DNA from: Gemmatimonadota bacterium
GTDB lineage: Bacteria; Gemmatimonadota; Gemmatimonadetes; Longimicrobiales; Gaopeijiaceae
Assembly: GCA_039589315.1 (NCBI GenBank)
Contig: JBDHHQ010000028.1
Location: 1 to 47,999 of the forward strand
Direction: 5' to 3'
DNA: 47,999 bases
The notes under the pieces were generated by a model. It did not search any database, was not told the origin of the DNA, and saw only the letters and a list, made by a program, of their open reading frames with translations. Below, one piece after another: positions 19,497 to 29,308 of the stretch (its first letter is position 1; the number at the start of each line of letters is the position of its first letter). The position numbers and the translations under genes are program-made.

Positions 19497-21854
19497 ATGC
19501 GGCGGAGATGGATGGGGATCGTCCTGTGCGCAGCGATGGGAGCCATCGGCGCGGAAGGGGTCACAGCACAGGACGGCGGCGCGGCCCAGAGCGGAGCCGC
19601 GATCCAGCTTCGAGGGGGGGTGGCTGACGGCGCGTCGGGTGCGCCGGTACCCAACGCGCAGGTTCGGGTTCTCGGGGTGCCAGGCGACGTGGCAACGCGG
19701 GCCGACGGCACCTTCGTCGTCCGGGACCTGCCGCCCGGTGAATACACGCTCCAGGTGAACGCCCTGGGCTATCGGGTCGTCGAGACCCCTTTCGTGGCCC
19801 TTCCCGACGCGACGCCTTTTCTCCGGGTGACCGTCGAGGCCACGCCGTTGGAGATCTCTGAGATCGTGGTCACGCCCGGGCGATTCGGCATCATGGGGAC
19901 GGCGGCTCCGGCCACGCGCCAGACGCTCACTCGCGAGGACCTGGAGACCCTCCCCCAGCTCGGCGAGGATGTCTTCCGCTCGCTACAGCGGGTGCCGGGC
20001 GTCGCGGCCGAAGACATCTCCACCAGGCTCAACGTCCGGGGCGGGAGCGATCAGGAGATACTGGTGACCGTCGACGGCGCCGAGCTCTACGAGCCGTACC
20101 ACCTCAAGGACTTCGACGGTGTGCTCGGCATCGTCGACGTCCAGTCGGTCGGCGGGATCGACATGATCACGGGTGGGTTCCCCGTGGAGTACGGTGACAA
20201 GACGGCGGGTGTGTTCAACATGCAGACTCTCGACCCGCCGGTGCAGCAGACGCGTACGGCCGTGGGGCTGAGCATCATGAACCTCAGCTTCATGAGCCGC
20301 GGGACGTTCGACAGCGGGGATGGCAGCTGGCTGGTCTCGGCCCGCCGCGGCTATCTGGACATCGCCTTGGCCCTGACCGACAGCGACGGCAACTTCTCGC
20401 CCACGTACTGGGACGCGCTGGCGAAGGCACGCTACCGGGTTCACCGAAGCCACACCGTATCCGCTCACTTTCTCTACGCGAGCGACGACCTGACCGTCGA
20501 CGAGGACGGCGACTTCGTCGAGTCGAAGTGGCGGAGCACGTATGGGTGGCTTGGCTGGCAGGCGGAGCTCACGCCCGTGCTCCGGGCCCACACGGTGGCG
20601 TCGTTCGGCAGGGTGACGCGGAACCGGGGCGGATTCGAGAACAACCCCGAATTCAGCCCTGGTCTCGAGGCCCATTTCGCCGATGATTCCCGCACGTTCG
20701 ACGTGTTCGGGCTCAAGCAGGACTGGAGCTACGAGCTCTCGGACAACGCGCTGCTCAAGGTGGGCTTCGACGGCAAGCTCGGAACGGCGGACTACGACTA
20801 CCTGAGCTGGAGTCGGGCGCGTCCGGCCTCGCCCGGCGGCGAACCGGGTCCCACGGACAGCACCGTGGTGGCGACCACCCCGGACGGCGACGAGCTGGGC
20901 CTCTACACGGCAGCGCGGTTTCGGACCTGGGGCCGGCTGACGACGGAGGTCGGTCTCCGGTACGACCGGCAGACGCACACGGGCGACGACGACCTGGCCC
21001 CCCGCATCCACGCGGCCCTGGACCTGGGCGACGACACTCAGCTCCGCGCCAGCATCGGACGCTACTACCAATCCCACGGGCTCCACGAGCTGTCGGTGGG
21101 GGACGGTGAGACCGACTTCACCCGCTCGGAGTGGGCCAACCAGGTCGCAGTGGGCATCGAGCGCTCCTTCGGACGTGGGACGAACCTGCGGGTCGAAGGC
21201 TACGTCCGGGCCATCGAGAACCCGCGGCGGCGCTACTTCAACTTGAGCAGGGAGATTCTCCCGTTCCCCGAGGCGGAGGAGGACCGCGTCCGCATCGAGT
21301 CGACCGAGGCCCGGGCCCGTGGTCTCGAGCTGATGGTGGCGCAGAATACGGGTCGTCTGTCCTGGTCGGCCAGCTATGCGCTGTCCGCCACCGAAGGGCT
21401 CGTGGACGGAGTCTGGACGCCGCGCTTCTTCGACCAGACCCACGCCTTCCAATCGATGGTGTCGTACGGCACCGCGTCGGGTTGGCGGTTCAGCGTGGGC
21501 TGGCAGTACCACACGGGCTGGCCCATCACGCCCCGGGAGTTCGCGGCGGACACGCTCGGCACCAACCCCGACACGGGGGAGCCCGTCATTCGGGCCCTGA
21601 GCTCCTGGGGCGCCCTCAACGGCGACCGACTCCCAGCGTACCACCGGCTGGACCTCAGAGTCAGCCGGAGCTTCGAGCTGGGCCGCGGCCTGCTGAGCGT
21701 GTTCCTGGACGTGTTCAACCTGTACGACCGGGCGAATCTCCGCTCGTACGGCTACGACGTGCGCCTCGTCGGCGACGAGCTGGTGACGCGTCAGGTTCCG
21801 GGCGAAGAGCTCCTTCCGGTCCTCCCGTCGTTGGGCATCCGGTGGGAGTTCTGA
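19497..21854 (+). CDS. TonB-dependent receptor with N-terminal carboxypeptidase-regulatory-like domain
   Basis: Signal peptide; EIVVT TonB box; plug motifs LQRVPGV, LNVRGG and GGFPVEYG; RLPAYHRLDL; C-terminal Phe. Start could be 19473. Confidence 0.92.
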   Translation: MRRRWMGIVLCAAMGAIGAEGVTAQDGGAAQSGAAIQLRGGVADGASGAPVPNAQVRVLGVPGDVATRADGTFVVRDLPPGEYTLQVNALGYRVVETPFVALPDATPFLRVTVEATPLEISEIVVTPGRFGIMGTAAPATRQTLTREDLETLPQLGEDVFRSLQRVPGVAAEDISTRLNVRGGSDQEILVTVDGAELYEPYHLKDFDGVLGIVDVQSVGGIDMITGGFPVEYGDKTAGVFNMQTLDPPVQQTRTAVGLSIMNLSFMSRGTFDSGDGSWLVSARRGYLDIALALTDSDGNFSPTYWDALAKARYRVHRSHTVSAHFLYASDDLTVDEDGDFVESKWRSTYGWLGWQAELTPVLRAHTVASFGRVTRNRGGFENNPEFSPGLEAHFADDSRTFDVFGLKQDWSYELSDNALLKVGFDGKLGTADYDYLSWSRARPASPGGEPGPTDSTVVATTPDGDELGLYTAARFRTWGRLTTEVGLRYDRQTHTGDDDLAPRIHAALDLGDDTQLRASIGRYYQSHGLHELSVGDGETDFTRSEWANQVAVGIERSFGRGTNLRVEGYVRAIENPRRRYFNLSREILPFPEAEEDRVRIESTEARARGLELMVAQNTGRLSWSASYALSATEGLVDGVWTPRFFDQTHAFQSMVSYGTASGWRFSVGWQYHTGWPITPREFAADTLGTNPDTGEPVIRALSSWGALNGDRLPAYHRLDLRVSRSFELGRGLLSVFLDVFNLYDRANLRSYGYDVRLVGDELVTRQVPGEELLPVLPSLGIRWEF

Positions 21855-22016
21855 CCTCGGGGGGTGGCATCCGTCAGCCGAGACACCCACTCTTGGGGGT
21901 CATTGCCGGCCGAGATCGTGCCCCCACGAGATCACGGACCGAACCGAGGGGCGCGCCCGCGGTGGTAGCGCCCCTCGTCGGCCGGCTGGCCAGTTCGCCT
22001 TTCCGCCGGAGGCACT

Positions 22017-22862
22017 GTGACAGTCGAACGCCTTACGTTGGCCGTCATCACCGAGGTCTTCCATGACGATCCCGGGGGCCGACGACTCACCGAGCGATTG
22101 AGACAGGCCCGAGACCTGGGCGCCACGCTCGCTGTCCTGCCCGAGCTCCCGCTGGATCGTTGGGTCCCGGCCACCAAGCAGGCCTCCGACGACGACGACG
22201 AGCCCCCGGACGGACGGCGGCAAGCGCTTCAGTCGGCGGCGGCGGCAGCGGCGGGGATCGCGCTCCTCGGCGGCGCCATCGTGCGGGATCCCCTCACCGG
22301 CACCCGCCACAACACGGCAGTGCTGTTCGGGCCGGCCGGTCGCGTGCTGACGCGCTATCGCAAGCTGCACCTTCCGGAAGAGGAAGGCTTCTGGGAGACC
22401 TACCACTACGACGCGGGGGATCAGCCGCCAGGGGTCGTTACGGACCTGGGCATGCCGATCGGCATCCAGCTCTGCTCCGACCTCAACCGGCCCGAGGGCT
22501 GTCACCAATTGGCGGCCCAAGGCGCCGAGCTGATCCTGGCGCCTCGCGCCACCCCCGGCGATACGTACGCCCGCTGGCAGCTCGTTCTCAGGGCCGATGC
22601 GGTCACGAGCTGCACCTACGTCGCGTCCGCCAACCGCCCCGGTGGATCCTCCGACTTTCCAACCGGCGGAGCCTCTCTGGTCGTCGGGCCCGACGGCACG
22701 GTCCTGCTGGAGACGACAGAGCCCCTGGCGTTGGTCGACCTGGACCGAAACGTGGTCCGCGCCACGAAGGCCGAGTACCCGGGGTATCTCCCGGTGCGCG
22801 CCGACGTCTACGCGCGGGGGTGGGCCACTCTCGCCAGGGCGAAGCCCGGTGCGGACGCTTGA
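22017..22862 (+). CDS. Carbon-nitrogen hydrolase (nitrilase superfamily, N-carbamoylputrescine amidase-like)
   Basis: Glu-Lys-Cys triad in LPEL, YRKLHLPEEEGFWE and QLCSD. Confidence 0.9.
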   Translation: MTVERLTLAVITEVFHDDPGGRRLTERLRQARDLGATLAVLPELPLDRWVPATKQASDDDDEPPDGRRQALQSAAAAAAGIALLGGAIVRDPLTGTRHNTAVLFGPAGRVLTRYRKLHLPEEEGFWETYHYDAGDQPPGVVTDLGMPIGIQLCSDLNRPEGCHQLAAQGAELILAPRATPGDTYARWQLVLRADAVTSCTYVASANRPGGSSDFPTGGASLVVGPDGTVLLETTEPLALVDLDRNVVRATKAEYPGYLPVRADVYARGWATLARAKPGADA

Positions 22863-22944
22863 GCCCCGGGGAACACCGCCCGCCTCCATCCCGTAGAGAG
22901 TGGGTAGCGTCGCAGCCGTGGGACATGCGGAGGGGAGGACGCGG

Positions 22945-23385
22945 ATGGGCACGGACGATGCGAACGGTGCGGTGGTGCGCATCGGCCAGGTGCGCAAGGC
23001 GTGGCTGGACGCCCTCACCCGGGGCGCCGTGGACGAGTTGATCGCCATGGTCACGGAGGACGTCGTCTTCCTGCCGGCCAATTCCCCACCCGTCGTGGGC
23101 CAGGAGCCGCTGCGGGATCTCTATGCGAGCCTCCTGAGCCGCTTCCGGATCCAGCAGGACGTCACGGTCTCCGAGACCCGCGTTGACGGCACCGTAGCGT
23201 ACGAGTGGGGGCACCAGACCTTCACCATGTACCCCCGCCGCGGGGGCCCGCCGGTGAGCGTCAACGGCTACGGCATGGCTATCTATCGGCAGGAGAGCGA
23301 CGGCCGGTGGCGCTTCGCCCGGGCGATCAGCAACCTGGCGCCCTCCGCCCCGGTCCCGGGACGTGTACGCTACCGGACTCGCTGA
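22945..23385 (+). CDS. NTF2-like (DUF4440/YybH/SgcJ) protein
   Basis: TEDVVFLPANSPPVVG, VAYEWG and DGRWRF motifs; GGAGG RBS. Confidence 0.85.
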   Translation: MGTDDANGAVVRIGQVRKAWLDALTRGAVDELIAMVTEDVVFLPANSPPVVGQEPLRDLYASLLSRFRIQQDVTVSETRVDGTVAYEWGHQTFTMYPRRGGPPVSVNGYGMAIYRQESDGRWRFARAISNLAPSAPVPGRVRYRTR

Positions 23386-23387
23386 AC

Positions 23388-25883
23388 CTATCCCAGCTTC
23401 TCCGACAGACGGCCCAGGGCCTCCATCAGGTCGGGCCGAACGTCGAGCACCGCCCGCATCGGGTCGTGACCCAGCTTCTTCATGCGCTTGGCCACGGTCT
23501 GGATCGTGTGCCGGCGCACCTTCAGCCCGCCGTTCACTTCGTCCCAGGTGAGCGGCGTCGATACGGCCGCCTCGGGCACTGGGCGAACGCTGAAGGGCGC
23601 GACGATGAGCTGGCCGTGACGGTTCTGCAGGAAGTCGATGTAGACCTTCCCGTCCCGCTGACTGATCGTCCGCGTGATGGTGGCGATCTCGGGCATCTCG
23701 GCTACGGCCACATGGGCCAACAGGTGTCCCAGCGTGCGTGACTGCTCGTAGGTGCACTGTCGTCCCAGGGGGATCAGGATGTGGAGGCCGGTGGAGCCCG
23801 TGGTCTTCACGTAGGTGGGCAACTCCAGCTCGTCACAGAGCCCCTTCAGGAACACGGCCACCTTCACCACGTCCGAGAAGGGGGCGTCCTTCGGATCCAG
23901 ATCGATCACGCACCAGTCGGGCTTGCCGAGCGTCCCCACGCGACTCGACCAGATGTGGAGGGGGATGGTCGCCAGATTCGCCAGATACAGCAGCGACTCC
24001 TGGTTCTCCACGACGAAGTACGACAGCTCGCGCTCCGACGACTCGCTCCACACCGTCACGGTCCGGAGCCACTCGGGAGCCCAGCCTGGCGCGTCCTTCT
24101 GGTAGAACGATTTGCCGTCAATGCCGTCGGGGTAACGGGTCAGTACCACGCATCGGTCCTCCAGGTACGGCTCCATCCACTCCCACGCCGTCCGGTAGTA
24201 CTCGATCAGATCACCCTTGGTGTAGCCCCCCTCAGGCCAGAAGACCTTGTCGAGGTTGGTGAAGGGGATCGCCCGCTCCTCTTCGCCCGACACGGCCTCG
24301 GGCTCGGCTAGCTCTCTCTTGGGGTCGTCCAGTCGGCAGTCGGCGGGAGGTTTGTCGTCTCGAATACGCTGGAACACGGGCTGGCGGAGCAGGCCGACGT
24401 CGGTGAACTCCTTGAAGCGCACCTCGGCGACGAGCTGGGGTCTCACCCAATGATGCCCGTCACCCGACGGCGCCGGTCCCTCGACGGGCGCGTCGTCCAC
24501 CTCGAGGGCCTCGAGCTCCTGCCGCAACTCGTCCAACTGGGCGCCGGTGAACCCGCTGCCGACCCGCCCCACGTAGAGCAGGTCGTCACCCGCGTACTGG
24601 CCCACATGCAGAGCCCCGAGCCCCTTCCGGGAGCCGGTCGGCTCGGTGAAGCCCACGATGACGAAATCGGAGCTGCGGTCCGCCCGGATCTTCAGCCACT
24701 CTCTTGACCGCACGCCTCGGTACGGCGCGTCCTCCTTCTTGGCTACGATGCCCTCGAGGCGCATCTGCTGGACCTGATCGAACATGGCCTCACCCTGCTC
24801 GGCGATGTGATCGGAGAAGCGCAGCGGACCCGTGGACGGCAGGAGCCTCCGGAGCAGTCGCTTTCGCTCCAGCAGAGGGAGGGGCCGGACGTCGAAGTCC
24901 TGGAAGCCCAGCAGATCGAAGAGGTAGAGGGTCGCGGGGAGCGTCACCGCGGCCCGGGCCACGTCACCCCGGCGAGTCAAGCGACCCCGTCGCTGCAGAC
25001 GGGAGAAGCTGGGCAAGCCATCCGCGTCGTGGACCACCACCTCGCCGTCCAGCACCAGGTGCGGGAAAGGCAGCAGGGATGTGGCCCGCGCCACCTCAGG
25101 AAACGTCTCGGTCAGGTCGTTTCCGGCCCGGGACCAGAGCCGCACCTCCTGGCCGTCCTTCGCGACGATCAGGCGATAGCCGTCGTACTTGATCTCGAAG
25201 ATCCAGCCCTCGCGGGTAAAGGCACCGTCCCGCGGCGTCGCGAGCATGGCCTTTGCCTCCTTCCCGTCCACCCACTCATGCGGCGCCTCCAGATCCTCCA
25301 GCTCCGCCTCGATCTCCCTCACGCGATCGACACCGCCCTTCATCTCCGCGACCGTCAGGCCCGAGTAGACGGAGTCCTGAGGGTAGTCCTCGGTGCTCTT
25401 GTCGCTGGCGAAGCCGTCGCGCTCCTTGATCAGGAGCCAATCCTCCTTGGTCTTCACGAGGGTCCAGACGCCGTGGAGCTTGTAGCCACGGAGCTCGAAC
25501 AGGAGCTTCCCCTTCTCCATTCCGGCGTCCGGGTCCTCCAGAGGGATCCAGATGCCCCGGTCCCAGACGATGACCGCCCCCGCTCCGTAGCTTCCCTCGG
25601 GGATGAACCCCTCGAAGTCGGCGTAGTCCAGCGGATGGTCTTCGGTGTGGACCGCGAGCCGCTTGTCTTGGGGATTGGGCGAAGGCCCCCGGGGCACCGC
25701 CCAGGACAGGAGGACGCCTTCCCACTCCAGACGAAAGTCGTAGTGAAGGCGCCGGGCCGCGTGCATCTGGACGACGAACTGCAGGCCCCCGCCGGAGGCG
25801 GGCGCCGAGTCTCGTGCCCCGAAGGGCTCTGGGGTCGCGGAAGCCGAGCGCTTGGCGCGGTAGGCTTCGAGGCGGTCAGCCAT
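23388..25883 (-). CDS. ligD: DNA ligase D (phosphoesterase-ligase-polymerase), NHEJ
   Basis: PE domain FVVQMHAARRLHYDFRLE; ligase EIKYDGYR and EGIVAK; primase-polymerase TNLDKVFWP, RYPDG, DLDP and KTTGSTGLH. Confidence 0.96.
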   Translation of the reverse strand: MADRLEAYRAKRSASATPEPFGARDSAPASGGGLQFVVQMHAARRLHYDFRLEWEGVLLSWAVPRGPSPNPQDKRLAVHTEDHPLDYADFEGFIPEGSYGAGAVIVWDRGIWIPLEDPDAGMEKGKLLFELRGYKLHGVWTLVKTKEDWLLIKERDGFASDKSTEDYPQDSVYSGLTVAEMKGGVDRVREIEAELEDLEAPHEWVDGKEAKAMLATPRDGAFTREGWIFEIKYDGYRLIVAKDGQEVRLWSRAGNDLTETFPEVARATSLLPFPHLVLDGEVVVHDADGLPSFSRLQRRGRLTRRGDVARAAVTLPATLYLFDLLGFQDFDVRPLPLLERKRLLRRLLPSTGPLRFSDHIAEQGEAMFDQVQQMRLEGIVAKKEDAPYRGVRSREWLKIRADRSSDFVIVGFTEPTGSRKGLGALHVGQYAGDDLLYVGRVGSGFTGAQLDELRQELEALEVDDAPVEGPAPSGDGHHWVRPQLVAEVRFKEFTDVGLLRQPVFQRIRDDKPPADCRLDDPKRELAEPEAVSGEEERAIPFTNLDKVFWPEGGYTKGDLIEYYRTAWEWMEPYLEDRCVVLTRYPDGIDGKSFYQKDAPGWAPEWLRTVTVWSESSERELSYFVVENQESLLYLANLATIPLHIWSSRVGTLGKPDWCVIDLDPKDAPFSDVVKVAVFLKGLCDELELPTYVKTTGSTGLHILIPLGRQCTYEQSRTLGHLLAHVAVAEMPEIATITRTISQRDGKVYIDFLQNRHGQLIVAPFSVRPVPEAAVSTPLTWDEVNGGLKVRRHTIQTVAKRMKKLGHDPMRAVLDVRPDLMEALGRLSEKLG

Positions 25884-25993
25884 GTCCGTAAGGGAAGCCC
25901 TGGGGGGCGAGTTGCCAAGGCGCGTCGGTCCGGTCGCCCCTCACGGCAGAGGTCGCTTGAGCGGTCCTCCCCGGGACCGGTACATTCCGCCCC

Positions 25994-26758
25994 ATGTCCG
26001 ATCCCGAGCGACCGAGGCGCCGATACGGCGAAAAGGAAGTCGGCCTGATCCTCAAGCGGGCCACGGAGCTGCAGCAGGAGGCGCCGGAGCTCACGGAGGG
26101 TGGTGGCCTGACGCTCGAGGAGTTGGAGGAGATCGCCGTGGAAGCCGGCATCGACCCCCGGTTCCTGCGGGATGCGGCGGCGGAGCTGGACACGCGGGGA
26201 CCAACGCCCGAAGGCAGGGAGCGCCTCCTAGGGGGCCCCCTAATGGTGGAGCTCGAACGGAGGGTGCAGGGGGAGGTACCCGAGGATCGCTGGGACGACG
26301 TCATCCACGAGATCTCCCGGGCTGCCGACGGGCAGGGACACCCCAGCGTGATCGGGCGCACGCTCTCCTGGGTGCTCTCGGACCCCAATCGCCAGCGCTT
26401 CCTCCAGGTGACGGTGGCGAACCGGGAGGGGGAGACGGTGATCCGCATCGAGGAGCGGATGCAGCAGCTCGCCGGTGCGATCTACGGAGGGATCATCGGC
26501 GGCGTAGGCGGGGGCCTGGGGCTCGGTGTCGGCCTCGGCGTGGGCCTCGGCGCCCTGGGCTCGGCCGTATTCGCCACCGTGTTTCCGGTCACGGTGTTGG
26601 CCGGGTCGTTCTGGGTGGCGCGGACGGCGTTCGGGAGCACCGCCACCAAGCGCCGGAGAGCGCTCATCACGCTGCTGGACCGGCTCACTGAGCTGGTGGA
26701 GCGGCCGCCTCGTCTGGAGGACGGGGAGCCGCCGGCCGGCGCCTTACCAGCATCTTGA
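25994..26758 (+). CDS. Hypothetical membrane protein
   Basis: N-terminal RRYGEKEVGLILKRATELQ...LEELEEIAVEAGID and a C-terminal Gly-rich TM hairpin. Confidence 0.75.
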   Translation: MSDPERPRRRYGEKEVGLILKRATELQQEAPELTEGGGLTLEELEEIAVEAGIDPRFLRDAAAELDTRGPTPEGRERLLGGPLMVELERRVQGEVPEDRWDDVIHEISRAADGQGHPSVIGRTLSWVLSDPNRQRFLQVTVANREGETVIRIEERMQQLAGAIYGGIIGGVGGGLGLGVGLGVGLGALGSAVFATVFPVTVLAGSFWVARTAFGSTATKRRRALITLLDRLTELVERPPRLEDGEPPAGALPAS

Positions 26759-27173
26759 ACGTACCCCGCTGAAGCTCGGCTCCCCCGGCGTCCACGAGTG
26801 ACGCCGCCAGTACCACGATTCCCCGGTCCGGCCGGGAGGTCCGGCGCGTGGAGTCCACTCGGATGCGTACGGTCACGGCGGTGCCCAGTCGGATGGGCGC
26901 CACGAAGTCCCAGGTCAGGCCCAGAAGTGCCACCAGCGTGCCCCGTGTGAGCCGGGACTGGTTGAGGAGCCCCGTGGCGACAGCCAGCCCCAGGACCCCG
27001 TGGGCCACCCTCTCTCCGAAGGCGCCGGCACGGGCGTATTCCGGGTCCAGATGCAGCGGGTTCCTGTCTCCCGAGACGTCCGCAAAGGCGAAGACCGCCT
27101 CTTCGTCGACGACCCTCGACGACGTCTCGAGCTCGGTGCCCACGCGAAAATCTTCGAAGTAAAGGGACTCCAC
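26685..27173 (-). CDS. MaoC/PaaZ-C-terminal-like hotdog-fold (R)-specific enoyl-CoA hydratase
   Basis: LYFEDF, FADVSGDRNPLHLD and RVAHG motifs; divergent from paaX. Confidence 0.9.
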   Translation of the reverse strand: MESLYFEDFRVGTELETSSRVVDEEAVFAFADVSGDRNPLHLDPEYARAGAFGERVAHGVLGLAVATGLLNQSRLTRGTLVALLGLTWDFVAPIRLGTAVTVRIRVDSTRRTSRPDRGIVVLAASLVDAGGAELQRGTFKMLVRRRPAAPRPPDEAAAPPAQ

Positions 27174-27206
27174 GGCTGGGCCTTCCTCCGGTCTTGCGCG
27201 TGCCTT

Positions 27207-27248
27207 TATATTACACTATTGATACGATCGTAGATAGAGTGACATATA
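27207..27248. promoter_or_regulatory. Putative PaaX operator and divergent promoter region
   Basis: AT-rich 42-bp dyad TATATTACACT-N20-AGTGACATATA (9/11 arm match), centred exactly on the perfect palindrome TACGATCGTA (27223-27232). Confidence 0.6.
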
Positions 27249-27299
27249 TTGGCTTCCATCACCGGGTGCGAGTGAACCCGAGCGAGTGTCGATTCTCGC

Positions 27300-28211
27300 A
27301 TGAACCGTCAGCGGCCCCAGGACCTGGTCTTCACCCTCTTCGGGGAGTACCTCCTTCCCCGAGCCGGGCCCGTTTGGGCGGGAACTCTCATCGACCTGCT
27401 GGAGCCTCTGGGCGCCTCCGAGGGAGCCGTCCGTACCACGCTCTCGCGCATGTCCCGGAAGGGCTGGTTCGACACGGTTCGCGCCGGGCGGCGTAGCTTC
27501 TACCAGCTCACACGCAGAGGTCGAGCGCTCCTCGAGGAAGGCCGGGAGCGCATCTACCATCCGTCCTGGGACGAGCCCTGGGACGGCCGCTGGCTGCTGC
27601 TGGCCTATTCGATTCCGGAAGACCGCCGTGAGCTGCGGGACCGATTGCGGGACCGGGTCGGCTGGCTCGGATTCGGCGCCCTCGGCAACGGTCTTTGGAT
27701 CTCTCCGCACGACGTGGAGGGCCAGGTACGAGACATCGCCTCGGACCTGGGCATCGAGGAGCATCTGGAGTGCTTCCATGCCGAGGGTGCAGGATTCACC
27801 GAGCCGGATCGCCTCGTGTCTCGCTGCTGGGACCTGGAGTCCCTGAACCGACGGTATGAGGGCTTCATCGCTCGCCACGTACCTTCGTTCCTGGAGCTGC
27901 GGCAGCCGACCGAGCCGGGCGTGGCGTCCCCCCGCGACTGCTACGTACGCCGCTTCCAGCTCTCCCACGAGTTCAGGGAGTTCCCCCTCATCGATCCCTA
28001 CCTGCCGCGGTCGCTCCTGCCACCCGACTGGGCCGGCGAATGCGCCGCGGCGCTGTTTCAGAGCTACCACGACCTGCTGACCGATCCCGCCGACCGGTAC
28101 GTGGAGTCGCTACTGGCCATGGGTGGCACGCCCGCCGGCAGGGTTGCCCCCACGTCGAAAGTTGCAACCGGCCGTGGATCCCGGGCCGCCCAACGTCGCC
28201 TCGCGAGGTAA
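27300..28211 (+). CDS. paaX: PaaX family transcriptional repressor
   Basis: LVFTLFGEY, AVRTTLSRMSRKGW, WDGRW, LGFG and FPLIDPYLPRSLLPPDWAG motifs. Confidence 0.92.
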   Translation: MNRQRPQDLVFTLFGEYLLPRAGPVWAGTLIDLLEPLGASEGAVRTTLSRMSRKGWFDTVRAGRRSFYQLTRRGRALLEEGRERIYHPSWDEPWDGRWLLLAYSIPEDRRELRDRLRDRVGWLGFGALGNGLWISPHDVEGQVRDIASDLGIEEHLECFHAEGAGFTEPDRLVSRCWDLESLNRRYEGFIARHVPSFLELRQPTEPGVASPRDCYVRRFQLSHEFREFPLIDPYLPRSLLPPDWAGECAAALFQSYHDLLTDPADRYVESLLAMGGTPAGRVAPTSKVATGRGSRAAQRRLAR

Positions 28212-28213
28212 TC

Positions 28214-29308
28214 ATGGAACCGTTCCCAATCAGGACCCCCGACTCGTTCGACTTCGGCGAGATCATCTACGAGAAGAAGGACTGGGTGGCCACGGTCACC
28301 ATCAATCGGCCCTTCAACTACAACGCCTACTCCACCTCTGCCCTGGAGGAGCTCGCGACGGCGTTTCGCGACGCCGCTTTCGACGACCAGATCGGCGTGG
28401 TCGTGTTCACGGGTGCCGGGCACCGCGCGTTCTGCACGGGCGGCGACGTCAAGGAGTACGAAGCGCTCTACACCACGAGGCCCCGGGACTACTGGAAGTA
28501 CATGGGCCTCTTCCGCGCCTACATCGAGAGCATCGTGAACACGGGGAAGCCCGTGATCGCGCGGCTCAACGGCATGGCAGTGGGCGGAGGCAACGAGTCG
28601 CAGATGGCCTGCGACCTGGCGGTCATGGCAGAGCACGCCTTCATCGGACAGGTCGGCACGCGAGTCGGCAGCGTCGCGGCGGGGGGCGCCACCCAGTGGC
28701 TGCCCATTCTGATCGGCGACCGGCGGGCCCGGGAGATGCTTCTCTTCAACGGACGCATCGGCGCTCACCAGGCGCTGGACTGGGGTCTCGTGAACCGGGT
28801 GGTGCCGTCGGTCACCCTGAATGGCGAGTTCGTCGAGGGCGCGTCGGAGGAACAGGTCCGCAAGGCGCAGGACGAGGAGGACGGATACGCCATCAGCCTC
28901 GCCCTGCTGGACCGGGCGGTAGCCGATCTGGTGGAGAAGCTCCTCAGCCAATTCCCCGAGTGCACCCGGTACACGAAGCAGCAGGTCAACTTCTGGAAGG
29001 ACCTCGCCTGGCACCAGACGATCGGCCACGCCCGAGACTGGCTGGCGGTCCACTACACCGCCCTCGAGCCGTGGGAGGGCATGCGTGCGTTCGTCCAGAA
29101 GCGTCGGCCTCGGTACATGGACGTCCGGTCCCGGGCGGCCGACGGCGGCTCCAGTGAGTTCGTCTGGGGTCCGCCCAGTCGGGATTGCCCGGCCTGTGGC
29201 GCCGAGGGGATCCCCGAGAGCTTCCGCTTCTGCGGCGCATGCGGTGGCGCCCTCGACGTCGGCCACGGCGCGACCGGTGACGCCGCGACGGCGGAGGCCC
29301 GGGGATGA
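28214..29308 (+). CDS. oah: 6-oxocyclohex-1-ene-1-carbonyl-CoA hydrolase (Oah/BamA-like) with C-terminal zinc ribbon
   Basis: Crotonase fold with Oah-typical YNAYST, AFCTGG..KEY, YMGLF, and the VVP...NGEFV...ISLALLD insertion; context with bcr genes. Confidence 0.8.
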   Translation: MEPFPIRTPDSFDFGEIIYEKKDWVATVTINRPFNYNAYSTSALEELATAFRDAAFDDQIGVVVFTGAGHRAFCTGGDVKEYEALYTTRPRDYWKYMGLFRAYIESIVNTGKPVIARLNGMAVGGGNESQMACDLAVMAEHAFIGQVGTRVGSVAAGGATQWLPILIGDRRAREMLLFNGRIGAHQALDWGLVNRVVPSVTLNGEFVEGASEEQVRKAQDEEDGYAISLALLDRAVADLVEKLLSQFPECTRYTKQQVNFWKDLAWHQTIGHARDWLAVHYTALEPWEGMRAFVQKRRPRYMDVRSRAADGGSSEFVWGPPSRDCPACGAEGIPESFRFCGACGGALDVGHGATGDAATAEARG

